Assembly: GCA_033763315.1 (NCBI GenBank)
Contig: JANRKS010000020.1
Coordinates: forward strand, 1 to 64,000
Direction of reading: 5' to 3'
DNA length: 64,000 bases
Source: Deltaproteobacteria bacterium
Lineage (GTDB): Bacteria > Myxococcota_A > Polyangia > Fen-1088
Each line of letters begins with the position of its first letter. Position 1 is the stretch's first letter. The notes under the pieces are model-generated. The model searched no databases. It saw only the letters and a list, made by a program, of their open reading frames with translations, and was not told the origin of the DNA. Made by a program: the position numbers and the translations under genes. Below, in pieces: positions 8,562-22,471 of this stretch.

Positions 8562-10802
8562 TTACAGCTCGCGGCGCGTTTCGGCCAAAAGCCGCTGAAC
8601 GGCGCGGGCCAAAGCCTGGCGGTGCGGGGCTTTGACCACCACCGCGCTGGCGCCCAAACGCCTCGCTCGCTCTTGTGTGGCCGCCGAAGTGCGCGAAGAC
8701 AAAACCACAATCGGCAACCGACGCAGCGTGGGATCACGGCGGATGCGGGCAATCAAGGCGAAGCCGTCGACGCGGGGCATTTCGAGATCAGTGACAACCA
8801 GGTCAAAACGCCGTTCGTTCAGCAGCTCCCACGCCTCCCATCCGTCTTCCGCGGCCAAGGTTTGCAGGCCCAGCCCCGCCAACGCGCGTGCGGCGGCTTC
8901 GCGCGCAAGACGCGAGTCGTCCACAATCAACACGCGGGGTGCGCCTCGCTGTGGTGAAGCGCCCGCGCCCTTGGTGCGCTTGTAAGCCAACTCAGCGAGC
9001 GCCGCGACGTCCAACACCAATTGCAACTTCCCCGCCCCCGACACCGTGGCGCCTGAAAAATACGGCAGCAACGACAAGATGGGCCCTAGCGGCCGCACCA
9101 CCACCGTGCGCGGCCCGATGATCTTGTCGCAGGTGATCACGAACGGGCGCTGGCCAAAGCGCACGTGCAACAACGACAGCCGGTGATCAGGCGGCGTCTC
9201 AAGCCCCAAGATGCCTTGCAGCCGCAGCACGGGCACCATCTGCCCCGTTGGCAACTTGAATTCACTTTCAAGCGTGGCGTTGGTGCGATCGGTTTCTGTG
9301 CCCAACGGTGGCAACGCGGCCACCACGTGACCGATCGGCATCGCGTACACGTGGCCACCCAACTTGAACAAGAGCCCTTGCGTGATCGCCGCCACCAACG
9401 GCACACACAATGTAAACGTTGTGCCTTTGCCAGGCACCGTCGCGCAGGTCACGCGGCCGCCCAGCTGTGCCACCGCCGTTTGCACAATGCTGAGGCCCAT
9501 GCCGCGTCCCGATAGGGCATCGGCCTTCTCGCGCGTTGAAAAGCCAGGCTCGAACAGCGCTTCAAGCAGGGCCTCTTCGCCAAGCTCTGCGCCCGCACCC
9601 AAGCGGCCCGAACGAACCAGCTGATCGCGCACCCGCGCTTCATCCACGCCGCGGCCATCGTCGCTCAGTGTAAGGAATATGAAATCGCCTTCGAGTCGGC
9701 CCGTGATCTCGATCTTGCCGTCGCTGCTTTTGTTGGCAGCGTGCCGCTCTTCCGGAGATTCGATGCCGTGCACCACAGCGTTGCGCAGCAGGTGCAGCAG
9801 AGGATCAAATAGGTGATCCAAGACCGTGCGATCGATCTGCAGATCGCCCCCCTCGGTGCTGATGTGCAACGGCGTTTGCACCGAAACTTGCAGCTCCTCA
9901 AGCGCAAGCTCCATGCGGCGAAACAGCCAATCCATCGAGACCAATCGCACGCTGTGCAATGTCTCGTCCAGGGAATCGGTGTTACGTCGCAGTGTCTCTG
10001 TGTCGTCAAGCAATCCCGTCGTGGCGCGATCTAAATGGGAGATCGCTGATGCTAGTTCCAGTTCCAACTCGCCCAGGCGTCCCACCGCTCGTCGTGCGTT
10101 TTCAGCGCTGGACGCCGTAAGCGCAGGGTTTGCCAGCCAGCCGAGCGACCGGCGCATGGCGGCTCGGCCCTGTCCCAACTCGCGCCGCAAACCATCAAGC
10201 TCACTCAACCGTCGTTCGATGCGCGTGCGCAACACCACCAGATCGCCCACTTGTTCGCTGATGCGTTCAAGTGTGACGCTGTCCATTGTGAGCCTGCGAT
10301 CGTTGTCAAGGCGGCGATCACCACGCCGGCGGTCTAAGCGTCGCCGGTTCGACGGAGGCACGAAAGGCTGCTGGGCCTCGGGCGTGGGCGAATCGCCAAG
10401 GATCAACTGTCGTGCACCTTCAACAAGCGCCTTAAGCGTCCCCAGCTCTTCGGCCATGCGATCGAGGATGCCTGGCGTGGGCGACAATTGTCCGCTGCGG
10501 ATCTCGGCGCACAAATCTTCGATGTCATGAGCGGCGATAGCGATCGCGCTGTGCCCTACGGAGCCAGCTGCGCCTTTCAGCGTATGCAGCGCGCGAAACA
10601 AGTCGTCCAGGCTCTGCCAGCCACCATCGTGATCGGGTGTGGGCGAGCGAGACAATTCGTAAAACGCGTCTTCAATCTTGTGAAGGTGCCCCTCGGCTTC
10701 ATCCAAGAACAGATTGCGCAGAACCTCTGCATCGGCGGGCGCCCATTCATCGAGCGGTTCAACCGGCGCGGCTTTGCCTGGCTGCTTTGGATCTTCGGTC
10801 AT
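8562..10802 (-). CDS. cheA: Hybrid chemotaxis histidine kinase (Hpt-dimerisation-HATPase-CheW-receiver)
   Basis: [46 protein letters not shown]-terminal receiver VTDLEMP. Confidence 0.95.
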   Translation of the reverse strand: MTEDPKQPGKAAPVEPLDEWAPADAEVLRNLFLDEAEGHLHKIEDAFYELSRSPTPDHDGGWQSLDDLFRALHTLKGAAGSVGHSAIAIAAHDIEDLCAEIRSGQLSPTPGILDRMAEELGTLKALVEGARQLILGDSPTPEAQQPFVPPSNRRRLDRRRGDRRLDNDRRLTMDSVTLERISEQVGDLVVLRTRIERRLSELDGLRRELGQGRAAMRRSLGWLANPALTASSAENARRAVGRLGELELELASAISHLDRATTGLLDDTETLRRNTDSLDETLHSVRLVSMDWLFRRMELALEELQVSVQTPLHISTEGGDLQIDRTVLDHLFDPLLHLLRNAVVHGIESPEERHAANKSSDGKIEITGRLEGDFIFLTLSDDGRGVDEARVRDQLVRSGRLGAGAELGEEALLEALFEPGFSTREKADALSGRGMGLSIVQTAVAQLGGRVTCATVPGKGTTFTLCVPLVAAITQGLLFKLGGHVYAMPIGHVVAALPPLGTETDRTNATLESEFKLPTGQMVPVLRLQGILGLETPPDHRLSLLHVRFGQRPFVITCDKIIGPRTVVVRPLGPILSLLPYFSGATVSGAGKLQLVLDVAALAELAYKRTKGAGASPQRGAPRVLIVDDSRLAREAAARALAGLGLQTLAAEDGWEAWELLNERRFDLVVTDLEMPRVDGFALIARIRRDPTLRRLPIVVLSSRTSAATQERARRLGASAVVVKAPHRQALARAVQRLLAETRREL

Positions 10803-11824
10803 GAGGTGGCAGCGGACGTGTTCGCTGAAACCTTTTTGGCTTCGTCATAAGTGCGGATCAAGGTTGTCAGGGCACGCGACAGAGGCGTGGCATCGTCGCC
10901 TACCAAGGGCCGCAGCATCGATACAAGTTGCCCGATATCCAACGTGGGTCCACGCAACAGTTTGCGAACGGCGTCGTCCACGGGGGCGTTGTATTGCAGC
11001 TGGCTTAACGTGCGGGTCAGCCCCTGCGCGGCGTTCATCAGTTCATTCGAAACCGCGGCTGTTCCACCTGCGCCATCAGCCAGGCTCTTTGTCAGCGTTT
11101 GCACTTCTTCTAACGTGCGTGACGCCTCCACGGCCCCGCTTTCTAGCGTTTGCACAAATGCGCCCACATCTTTTGTGGCCGCGGCCGAACGTTCTGCCAG
11201 CTTGCGCACTTCTTCAGCCACCATGGCAAATCCCTTCCCCGAGGGGCCCGCCCGGGACGCTTCCAACGCTGCGTTGAGCGCAAGCACGTTCGTTTGCCGC
11301 GCAAGATCATCCAGCACTTCAACCACCTGGCTTATCTCTTCGCAACGCAACGTCAGCGATTGCAGCCGCCGTGCAACCTCCGCAATGGCCGCCACTTGTC
11401 GGTTGGCACCCGTTGACAGGGCTTGCGTCGAGCGTTCGATCTCACCACCGGCTGCAGCCAAGCTTGACGCCGCTTCGTGTCCGTTGCGCGCAAGTTCGCC
11501 AAGCTTTGTGCCCGCGGCGTTCAGCGCGCTGGCCAAAGGTGCCAACGGGCCGGCTGTGATTTCGAGTTGGGCGCTTAAGTCGCCCTTGCCTAATGCATCC
11601 ACGCGCGCGATGACAGGCACGAGGCTTGGATCAGAAATGGCGCCTTGTTGTTGAACGCCGCCTTCGAATTTTGCGATCAACAACGCTGTGCCAATACCGA
11701 ACGCGGCCACCAGCAAAAGCGTGCTCGCAAACGGCGCCAATGACAAAGCAGGCGCGGCGATGGCGGCGGCCAACAACGCCGTTTGGATCAGCACCACGGT
11801 GGTGGCTTTTGAGGTGCGGCTCAC
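10799..11824 (-). CDS. Short methyl-accepting chemotaxis protein (two closely spaced TM helices, HAMP-like region, signalling tip)
   Basis: [37 protein letters not shown]. Confidence 0.93.
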   Translation of the reverse strand: MSRTSKATTVVLIQTALLAAAIAAPALSLAPFASTLLLVAAFGIGTALLIAKFEGGVQQQGAISDPSLVPVIARVDALGKGDLSAQLEITAGPLAPLASALNAAGTKLGELARNGHEAASSLAAAGGEIERSTQALSTGANRQVAAIAEVARRLQSLTLRCEEISQVVEVLDDLARQTNVLALNAALEASRAGPSGKGFAMVAEEVRKLAERSAAATKDVGAFVQTLESGAVEASRTLEEVQTLTKSLADGAGGTAAVSNELMNAAQGLTRTLSQLQYNAPVDDAVRKLLRGPTLDIGQLVSMLRPLVGDDATPLSRALTTLIRTYDEAKKVSANTSAATS

Positions 11825-12312
11825 GCGGCTTGTCTCCCCGAACGAATGGTTTTCATGGTGGTGGCCAAGGCCGTAGGCACGTCGATCAGCAAGGCGGGAC
11901 CATCGGCGTCAACAATTGTGGCCGATACGAACGACGTGTGGCTTGTGTGTGGTCGTAGAAAATCAGCCGGCACCGTCACCACGCGTGCCACGCGCTCCAC
12001 AGCCAGCCCGCTGCGCACGAACGTGCCGTCGGCGAGCTGTGCTTCAACGATCAGTACGTAATCTTGCGCTGAACGCGAAAACGCATCGAATGACACGCCT
12101 GCAGAATCCAGACTGCCGGGCATCAGCTCCACGCCCAAATCCAAAACCGCCAGGGGCAGGCCATGAAATGAGATCGCGCCACGGATCAGCGGCGGAACCA
12201 GGGGTACCGGCGTGATCGCGGGCGCGGCCAACACTTCTCGCACCGATGCAACGTCGATGGCGCACCGTCGACCGCGAATCAGGAAGAACAACAGGTCATA
12301 CGTCTCGTTCAT
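11821..12312 (-). CDS. cheW: CheW coupling protein
   Basis: [35 protein letters not shown]; likely start ATG 12312 in ATGA overlap. Confidence 0.88.
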   Translation of the reverse strand: MNETYDLLFFLIRGRRCAIDVASVREVLAAPAITPVPLVPPLIRGAISFHGLPLAVLDLGVELMPGSLDSAGVSFDAFSRSAQDYVLIVEAQLADGTFVRSGLAVERVARVVTVPADFLRPHTSHTSFVSATIVDADGPALLIDVPTALATTMKTIRSGRQAA

Positions 12313-13499
12313 TGCGGCGCCGTGGGCGAGATCCGCGGCCGGATGAGTTTGCTCTTGAGCAGCCGGTAAAGCACGCGACATACATCAAACGAACCCATGT
12401 GAGACTGAAAGATCACATCCTTGACGGTGTTGCGGCCATTGAGCAATTCGGCCACCGCGATCTCATCACGCAAGAGCTTGCCGGGGCCCATGGCTGCCAT
12501 TCGCTCTTCTTCGCGCAGATAAACTTCATCGAAGTTGTTCACCTCGCGTTCAATGATGCGCCATTCGTCGATGCGCCTTAGCCCTTCCATCAAGAGCTGA
12601 TCCACCACCAACCCCAAACTGGGCTCGCTGCCGGCGGGCGTTTCTGCTTTTTGCACGAAGTCGAACGTGCCGTTGTCCCAACGAAGCAGCTCATAGATGA
12701 GCGCGCACGTTTGTAGCCGCATACCTTCGGTGAGTTCTCGCGTCGATATCAGGCCCTTGTCAACCAGCGCTTCTCCCAACCGCGGCTTGCTGCCGGCCCC
12801 GGTGCGCAATTGCTTGGCGACGGCTTCCAGCTCAGAGGACGCAATAAAGCTGCGGTCGATCAAAAAGCGCCCCAACAAAAATTCTTCCAGCACCCCATCG
12901 GCCCGCGCGTAATCGATGCGGCCCTTTCGCAAGTGCACGCGAATTGTGGTGCGCTGCTGGCTGAATGTGGCAACACCCGTGCGTTGGCCTTCGCTGAGCA
13001 GCCCCAGGATTTCGCCCGCACCAAACACCCCCAGCGTGCCAGTGAGCGCCGGCTGCTCTTCTGATTTGGTTGGCGTGAAATCAGGTGCGGGCGTCAGCAT
13101 GAGCCGTCGCCGCGGAAGCGAGGGACCTTCTTGTAGGCTTGTGCCGACAATGTGCGACACGAGTGCTTTCAAAGCATCTGGTGAAAAAGGCTTCGTGATT
13201 GAATCCACCACGCCCGGAAGCTTCGATGGATCTTTGGGGCCGTGGCCGCTTCGCAACAGCACCACACCCGGCGCGTTGGGCGTTAGCGCCGCGATGTGGG
13301 CGCATAGATCGTCGACGGGCTTGTCGTCCAGCATGTCGTCGAGCAGCACCAAGCGCGGCTTTTCTCCCTTAAGCAGCTCGCGTGCCCCGGCATCACTGTT
13401 GGCCGCAATAACCTGCAGCCCCATCTCGCCAAGGACGAGCTGGACCAGTTTTGAAAGGGTAGGGCTGTCGTCGATGACGACGATGGATTCGCCAGACAT
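12309..13499 (-). CDS. Response regulator with DUF4388 (PatA_N-like) domain containing an MshEN-like motif
   Basis: N-terminal receiver (VVIDDS, LLDDML, ITKPFS), LTGTLGVF, RLGEALVDKGLIS, ELLRWDNGTFDF, LLMEGLRRIDEW; likely start ATG 13499. Confidence 0.85.
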   Translation of the reverse strand: MSGESIVVIDDSPTLSKLVQLVLGEMGLQVIAANSDAGARELLKGEKPRLVLLDDMLDDKPVDDLCAHIAALTPNAPGVVLLRSGHGPKDPSKLPGVVDSITKPFSPDALKALVSHIVGTSLQEGPSLPRRRLMLTPAPDFTPTKSEEQPALTGTLGVFGAGEILGLLSEGQRTGVATFSQQRTTIRVHLRKGRIDYARADGVLEEFLLGRFLIDRSFIASSELEAVAKQLRTGAGSKPRLGEALVDKGLISTRELTEGMRLQTCALIYELLRWDNGTFDFVQKAETPAGSEPSLGLVVDQLLMEGLRRIDEWRIIEREVNNFDEVYLREEERMAAMGPGKLLRDEIAVAELLNGRNTVKDVIFQSHMGSFDVCRVLYRLLKSKLIRPRISPTAPQ

Positions 13500-13613
13500 G
13501 AGGTAACCGCCAATGTCGCTTAGATGCCGCGCGAAAGGTCGCGATGCTAACACGTTGGCCGCCACTGCCCAAAGTTCCTTGACGCCCAGTCGCTCGACAG
13601 CAATGCGGATCCA

Positions 13614-13640
13614 TTGAGTTTTTGTGCGGCCCGCCGATAC
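13614..13640 (+). promoter_or_regulatory. Candidate sigma28 (FliA) promoter of the GAF-PilB gene
   Basis: TTGAGTTT-N11-GCCGATAC versus the E. coli consensus TAAAGTTT-N11-GCCGATAA; GAGG RBS then ATG 13662. Confidence 0.55.
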
Positions 13641-13661
13641 CCCTCCTGAGGTTTTTGCACG

Positions 13662-15953
13662 ATGGATGCCGCAGCGTGGCTTCGTACAGTTGAGGACTCA
13701 GCAGCCCAGGCGCAAAAGCGCCTTGAAGAATTGGGCTCGGCCGTTAACGAGTTTCGCAGCCGCGAACAATTGATAAGAGACGCCGACGAACGCCTTTCGC
13801 CAATCTTCGATTCGCAGCGCACGTATCTTTATGCCTTCGATGCCGCGTCCGCCCAACTGATCACCTTCGCGATGGTGGGCAAGGACCTAAAAGAGATCCG
13901 CGTTCCCGCGGGCCCCGGAAGCTTTGCTGGTTTCGTGGCGTTAGCGAAGGTGGCCGTGAATGTGCGCAACGCCTATGACCCCGCGGAACTGGCCCGCATC
14001 CATCCGAAGCTCAAGTTCAATGATCACCTCGATCAGCTGACGCAATTTACAACCAAGTCGATTCTCACGTTGCCCCTCATGGTCGACGGCGTTGTTGTTG
14101 GCGTCGTGCAGGCGATCAATAAGAAGAAGGGGCTGTCGTTTATGCCCCGGGATGTGACGGCGGCTGAAGAGGTGGGCAAGATCCTGGCGCCGCCGCTCAA
14201 ACGCCTCAACGACCGCGTGCGCACCGGCGAGCGCCGCGCCGGCAAGTGGGATTACCTGCTTGACCGTGGGGCGCTCACCAAGGATGCGTTGGATCTGGCC
14301 GTCAAGGAAGCCACCGCAGCGCGCGTTGATCCGGCACGCTACCTCATAGAGAAACTGGGCGTGAGCCGCAGCGACGTGGAACGATCGCTGGTCGAATTCT
14401 TCGGCGTCGAGTTTTATCGCTTCAACGGCACCGAATCGGTGCCAGCCGAACTGAAATCGCGCCTTCGCGTAGATTTCCTTAAGAACGTTTGTGCGGTGCC
14501 CGTGGAAATCCAGGGCTCGCGGATCACCATCGTTATCGATGACCCTTCGGACATCATGCGCACGGACGCTTTGCGTTCGATGGACGCCGATCGCGAGATC
14601 GTGATCCGGCTCGGCTTCCGCGACGAAATCATGGGTTGCATTGACCACTCGTTCGGCGCCAAGGCCGGCGACGTGGGCCTGATCCTTAAAGAGCTTTCCG
14701 CCGACGAGTCAACGGGTGCGGTCGAAGACGCGGGCGATGATGAGGTTCGTGGCGAATCAGACAGCGCGGTGATCAAGCTTGCAAACCAAGTGATCATTGA
14801 TGCCTATAGAAAGGGCGCCTCAGACATTCACATCGAGCCTAATGGGCGCGAACGCAACACAACCATCCGCTTTCGCGTTGATGGCGAATGCGTGAACTAC
14901 CAAGAGATTCCGTCGGCCATCCGGCTGCCGTTGGTGGCGCGCCTCAAAATCATGGCCAAGCTGGACATTTCTGAGCGGCGCAAGCCGCAAGACGGGAAGA
15001 TCCGCTTTCAGATGCAGGATCGCAAGATCGAGCTGCGCGTGGCTACCATTCCAACCGTCAACGGCAACGAAGACGTCGTGATGCGTATCTTGGCGGCGTC
15101 AAAGCCGATCCCCATCGAGAAAATGGGCATGAGCGACCGGAATCTGGCGGAGCTCAAAAAGATTGTATCGAAGCCGTATGGCCTTGTGCTGGTCGTGGGA
15201 CCCACCGGATCCGGTAAAACCACAACGCTGCACTCAGCGCTGGGTTACATCAATACGCCCGACACCAAGATCTGGACCGCGGAAGATCCGGTTGAAATCA
15301 CGCAGCCCGGGTTGCGCCAGGTGCAGGTGCAACCAAAGATCGGCTTCGATTTCGCCACCGCCATGCGCGCGTTTCTGCGCGCCGATCCGGACGTCATTAT
15401 GGTGGGCGAAATGCGTGACAAGGAAACCGCCAGCACCGGCGTTGAAGCCTCGCTGACCGGTCACTTGGTGTTGTCCACCCTGCACACAAACAGCGCGCCC
15501 GAAACAGTGACGCGCTTGATGGACATGGGCCTCGATCCCTTCTCGTTCGCCGACGCGCTGTTGGGCGTCTTGGCGCAACGTTTGACGCGCGCGTTGTGCC
15601 CTAAATGCAAAGCACCGCATTCGCCCACGGATGAAGAATGGGCCACCATTGTGGACTCGTTCGGCGAAGAGGGCGTGGCGAAACGCGGGTACCGTCGCGA
15701 AGGCATGACGCTGTACCACGGCGTGGGATGCGAATCTTGCGGCAAGAGCGGCTACAAAGGCCGCGTGGCGATCCATGAACTGCTCGTGAACAACGACAGC
15801 CTCAAGCTAGTGATTATGCGTAAGGCTCCCGTCGAAGAAATTCGCCACGGCGCCATCGAAGGTGGAATGACGACATTGCTTCAAGACGGCATCGACAAAG
15901 CCATCTTAGGAAAGACGGACATCAAGCAGATCTTGGCGGTTTGCAGCCGTTAA
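13662..15953 (+). CDS. pilB: GAF domain + PilB/GspE-family secretion/pilus extension ATPase
   Basis: N-terminal GAF (FTTKSILTLPL, GVVQAINKK), ASDIHIEP, Walker A GPTGSGKTTT, RADPDVIMVGEMRD, TGHLVLSTLHTN, Zn motifs CPKC and CESC. Confidence 0.88.
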   Translation: MDAAAWLRTVEDSAAQAQKRLEELGSAVNEFRSREQLIRDADERLSPIFDSQRTYLYAFDAASAQLITFAMVGKDLKEIRVPAGPGSFAGFVALAKVAVNVRNAYDPAELARIHPKLKFNDHLDQLTQFTTKSILTLPLMVDGVVVGVVQAINKKKGLSFMPRDVTAAEEVGKILAPPLKRLNDRVRTGERRAGKWDYLLDRGALTKDALDLAVKEATAARVDPARYLIEKLGVSRSDVERSLVEFFGVEFYRFNGTESVPAELKSRLRVDFLKNVCAVPVEIQGSRITIVIDDPSDIMRTDALRSMDADREIVIRLGFRDEIMGCIDHSFGAKAGDVGLILKELSADESTGAVEDAGDDEVRGESDSAVIKLANQVIIDAYRKGASDIHIEPNGRERNTTIRFRVDGECVNYQEIPSAIRLPLVARLKIMAKLDISERRKPQDGKIRFQMQDRKIELRVATIPTVNGNEDVVMRILAASKPIPIEKMGMSDRNLAELKKIVSKPYGLVLVVGPTGSGKTTTLHSALGYINTPDTKIWTAEDPVEITQPGLRQVQVQPKIGFDFATAMRAFLRADPDVIMVGEMRDKETASTGVEASLTGHLVLSTLHTNSAPETVTRLMDMGLDPFSFADALLGVLAQRLTRALCPKCKAPHSPTDEEWATIVDSFGEEGVAKRGYRREGMTLYHGVGCESCGKSGYKGRVAIHELLVNNDSLKLVIMRKAPVEEIRHGAIEGGMTTLLQDGIDKAILGKTDIKQILAVCSR

Positions 15954-16054
15954 TGACCATTTTCAAACAACGACAACAGAGCTCAAGGTGTGCTGATGTC
16001 GCTGGTGTGAGTGCGCAAATGCAAAAAATTGTATGTGCTGACGAACACAAACTG

Positions 16055-16082
16055 AGAAGTATCTGGCCGAACCTGCCGATAA
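16055..16082 (+). promoter_or_regulatory. Candidate sigma28 promoter of the kinase pair
   Basis: AGAAG-N15-GCCGATAA (perfect -10 at 16075-16082), 22 nt before ATG 16105. Confidence 0.55.
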
Positions 16083-16104
16083 CCAGGGTGGCTCGCAATT
16101 AAAC

Positions 16105-19050
<2,946 letters not shown>

Positions 19051-19122
19051 CCGCTTCGGAAAACTTCGCGCCGTGCAACGGGCCGGTGTAAGGTAACCGC
19101 TTCGGCGACAGCCACAACCCAC

Positions 19123-21843
19123 ATGTCGGGCCGGTACCCCAGGCGCTTCGGAAAGTATGTGCTGCTCAAGCCGCTGGCGAAGGGCGGTATGGGGGAGATC
19201 TATGTTGCGGCCGGGGGCGACATCGGCGGCTTCGAAAAGCTTTGCGTGATCAAAAAGGTGATCACGGAGAAGTCGGATCGCTCGAAGGCGATTCGCTTCT
19301 TGGACGAAGCGAAGGTGGTGTTACGGCTTTCGCATTCGTGTTTGGTCACGACCTTCGACGCGGGCGAAGTGGACAATGAGTTCTACATCGCGATGGAGTT
19401 GGTGGAGGGCAAGGATCTGCGCGACGTGTGGAACCGTTGCGTGCGCACCCGCCAACGCATCCCGCTTGATGTGGCGCTGCACGTGGTGCGCGAAGTGGCG
19501 CGCGCGTTGTCGTATGTGCACGCCTACGGGAACTTGAAGCTGGTCCACCGCGATGTGGCCCCTCCGAACATTTTGTTGTCATACGCCGGTGACGTGAAGC
19601 TCACGGACTTCGGCCTGGCGCGCAGCGTGTTGAAGCAAGAGCAAACCGCGCCGGGCGTGGTTTACGGCCGTGCCGCCTATTTGGCGCCCGAGCAGGCGCG
19701 GGGCGAGGTGGCCGACGCGCGCACGGATGTTTATACGTTGGGCATCGTCTTGTGGGAGTTGCTCACCGGGCAACAGTTCTTGCAGATTTCAGGCTTGGAT
19801 CCCGCCACAGCGTTGGCCATCGTTCGACACCCACGCCTCATCAAACCTTCAGCGCGCGCCACGTGGATCACGGCTGAACTTGATGACGTGGTGATGAAGG
19901 CGTTGGCACCCGATCGGGAGCAGCGTTTTCAATCCGCCGACGAAATGCGCCGGGCGCTCAATGAAGTGATCGCCACGATCGCGCCGCGCTCAGGTGCCGA
20001 TCGCATCGCCGAATTCATCGAAGGCATCTACGCCGATACGATCGCCGAAGAGCGCGAAGAGCGCGATGGCTTTCTGCGCGACGTGATCCCTGGCTTTCGC
20101 GCACGCCCTGAAACGATGTCGATACCGCCGGCACCGCCACCGGTGGTGGAAAAGCGAGACGATTCCTCCACGCAGCCCCGCGTGCGGGTGCGCAAGAAAG
20201 ACACCAGCGAGCCATTGTCGCGTCGCCGCCCCAGTGGCACGCGCCCCGCCGTTCCTTCCACACGCAAGGGCCCTGCAGGCGTGCCACTGCCCGGCTTGCC
20301 GCCGTCGCCCAAGCCGTTCGGCAGCGACAGCACCGGCTCGCTTGAAGTGCGCGATGGCGCGCGTCGCACCGATCCATCATCGGTGGATGGCGCCGCGGCT
20401 GCGGCACACAGCGATGATTACAACGATCCCGCGCGCGTGTTTGCGCGGGGCTTCTTGGGCCGCATGTTGGGCGGTCGATATCGTGTGATCGAACCCATCG
20501 GCGAAGGCGGCATGGGGCAAGTGTTCGCGGCCGAACACATTGAGATCGGCAAACGTGTGGCGGTCAAGGTGCTGCAGCCATCTTGTTCAGGCCGTCCTGA
20601 CCTTGTTGAACGATTCCGTCTCGAGGCGCGAGCCGCTTCAAAAATCGGCCACCCGAACATCGTTGACGTGACGGATCTCGGCACCACGGAAGAGGGGCTC
20701 GTTTACTACGTCATGGAGCAACTCCAGGGCGTGGACTTGGCCGAAGTGTTGGCGCAAGAGCGCACAGTGGAGCCAGCGCGGGCCATTCAGATCACAATTC
20801 AAATGTGCCAAGCGTTGGCGGCCGCACATCAAGCCGACATCATCCATCGCGATCTGAAACCAGAGAATATTTTCTTGCAGCCGCGCGGGCCGCAAGGCGA
20901 TCGCGTGAAGATCATCGACTTCGGTTTGGCACGCAGCCTCGAAGCGTCAATGAAGGTGAACAACGGGCGCCCGCTCACGAACCCGGGCACACCTATTGGC
21001 ACTCCTGAATATATGGCGCCTGAGCAAGCCGATGGCCATCCCGCCGACGCGCGCTCCGATATTTACGCTGTGGGCGCCATCTTGTACGAAATGATCACGG
21101 GCTTTCCGGCGTTTTCGGGCCGCGGTTACGCCGATGTGCTGGTGAAGAAGACGCGCGAACGACCGCGGCCGCCGCGTGATCTGCGGCCTGGCATCTCCAA
21201 GGAGCTGGAGGACGTGGTCATGTGGGCGCTCGAACGTGATCCCACACGCCGGCCTCAGACGATGTCACAGCTCGAGTACGCGCTGACCAAGATCGCCCGT
21301 GGTCGTGGCCAAGCCGTGGCGGCGCTGCTGGGCATTGAGGCCAACTCAGACACCACGCCGGCGCCGTCGCCCGCGTCGCCGCAACCACCGGGGGTGATGA
21401 CGTCGGCTTCGCTGCGCCCTGCGAAGAAGGAAGTGGCGTTGCGGGCGCTCGCTGAACTTGAGCAAGCGGGTGGGGCGTTGATGGAGGCGAACGATCTCAC
21501 CGTTCCGGCCGCCACCGTGTTTCCCGACTTTGACGCCGATGCGCCTGGCCGCACGGTTGAGGACATGGCCGTCTTGCAGGCAGATAGCCCTGCGCAACGT
21601 CCGGTGCCATCCGCAAGTGCCAAGGCCGCTGCTGCCTCCTCCGCGCACACGCGCGCCGTGTCTCCCGCCGCGCCACCGCCCAAATCAATGGTGCCAGCGC
21701 CAAGCGTGGGGCAGGCGTTCTTGGCTCGTCATGGGGTGGGGCCCGATGGCGCCCAACCGTCCACGCCGATCTGGAAGCGCGTGTCGATCGGGGTTGGCGC
21801 GGCGGTGGCCGCGGGCGTGATTCTCAAGCTGTTGCTAGGTTAG
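19123..21843 (+). CDS. Ser/Thr protein kinase with two kinase domains and a C-terminal membrane anchor (paralog of the upstream gene)
   Basis: HRDVAPPN and HRDLKPEN, two DFG and two APE motifs; terminal hydrophobic [20 protein letters not shown]. Confidence 0.93.
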   Translation: MSGRYPRRFGKYVLLKPLAKGGMGEIYVAAGGDIGGFEKLCVIKKVITEKSDRSKAIRFLDEAKVVLRLSHSCLVTTFDAGEVDNEFYIAMELVEGKDLRDVWNRCVRTRQRIPLDVALHVVREVARALSYVHAYGNLKLVHRDVAPPNILLSYAGDVKLTDFGLARSVLKQEQTAPGVVYGRAAYLAPEQARGEVADARTDVYTLGIVLWELLTGQQFLQISGLDPATALAIVRHPRLIKPSARATWITAELDDVVMKALAPDREQRFQSADEMRRALNEVIATIAPRSGADRIAEFIEGIYADTIAEEREERDGFLRDVIPGFRARPETMSIPPAPPPVVEKRDDSSTQPRVRVRKKDTSEPLSRRRPSGTRPAVPSTRKGPAGVPLPGLPPSPKPFGSDSTGSLEVRDGARRTDPSSVDGAAAAAHSDDYNDPARVFARGFLGRMLGGRYRVIEPIGEGGMGQVFAAEHIEIGKRVAVKVLQPSCSGRPDLVERFRLEARAASKIGHPNIVDVTDLGTTEEGLVYYVMEQLQGVDLAEVLAQERTVEPARAIQITIQMCQALAAAHQADIIHRDLKPENIFLQPRGPQGDRVKIIDFGLARSLEASMKVNNGRPLTNPGTPIGTPEYMAPEQADGHPADARSDIYAVGAILYEMITGFPAFSGRGYADVLVKKTRERPRPPRDLRPGISKELEDVVMWALERDPTRRPQTMSQLEYALTKIARGRGQAVAALLGIEANSDTTPAPSPASPQPPGVMTSASLRPAKKEVALRALAELEQAGGALMEANDLTVPAATVFPDFDADAPGRTVEDMAVLQADSPAQRPVPSASAKAAAASSAHTRAVSPAAPPPKSMVPAPSVGQAFLARHGVGPDGAQPSTPIWKRVSIGVGAAVAAGVILKLLLG

Positions 21844-22457
21844 CGGCTGCGCGTGCGGGCCACGGCAAGCAACATGGCTTGCATTGCCAACGCGCGATCG
21901 CCTTCGACCTTGATGCGGCCTTCAAGCAGCGCCTGCAAAGGGGCTTTCGTACCGTTCATCAGGCCTTCGAGCGCTGGGCCATCAATCGTCACCGTACTCT
22001 TCGGCCGCCCGGCTTTAAAACCAACATCACCAAACGCCACATCTAGGGAAAAGCGGCGGCGTTTTTTGCCGATGATCTCTACCGCGAGGCGGCCCGCCAA
22101 CTGCTTGAAACGATCCAGATCGCTGGCATCGACAACCATCAGATCGATCAGATCTTTTTCGGGTGGCACCAGCGCCGGCAAATCGGGATCGCCGTGCAAT
22201 AGCGTGTGAAAGTCCGCTGCACTTAGGCGCACCCAAAAGTCTGCGTCTGGCTCGTCGAACTCCTCTTGCACCGTTAACTCGTTCTCCGACGCCACAAACA
22301 GCAGATCCACGTGGCTGGTTTTCTCGCGCACAGTCACCCGCAGCTTGGGACAATCGGGCGGCAAGGTGCGCCCTTTGGCTGCGAATTGTTGGGGCAGCCA
22401 CTGTGTCAGCACGTCTTTGATGTTCAGCGCGGGATCGGGGCGTTGAGCGACCGTCAC
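21840..22457 (-). CDS. SCP2 sterol/lipid-binding domain protein (probably two SCP2-like folds)
   Basis: PDADFWVRLSAADFHTLLHG and PKSTVTID...APLQALLEGRIKVEGDRALAM. Confidence 0.75.
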   Translation of the reverse strand: MTVAQRPDPALNIKDVLTQWLPQQFAAKGRTLPPDCPKLRVTVREKTSHVDLLFVASENELTVQEEFDEPDADFWVRLSAADFHTLLHGDPDLPALVPPEKDLIDLMVVDASDLDRFKQLAGRLAVEIIGKKRRRFSLDVAFGDVGFKAGRPKSTVTIDGPALEGLMNGTKAPLQALLEGRIKVEGDRALAMQAMLLAVARTRSR

Positions 22458-22471
22458 AGCTTGTTCTCCGT

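Noticed and set aside
8063-8635. Pro-rich plus-strand ORFs (also 3797-4057 and 57012-57395)
   Set aside because: Antisense readings of Gly-rich linkers (GGC read as GCC/CCG)
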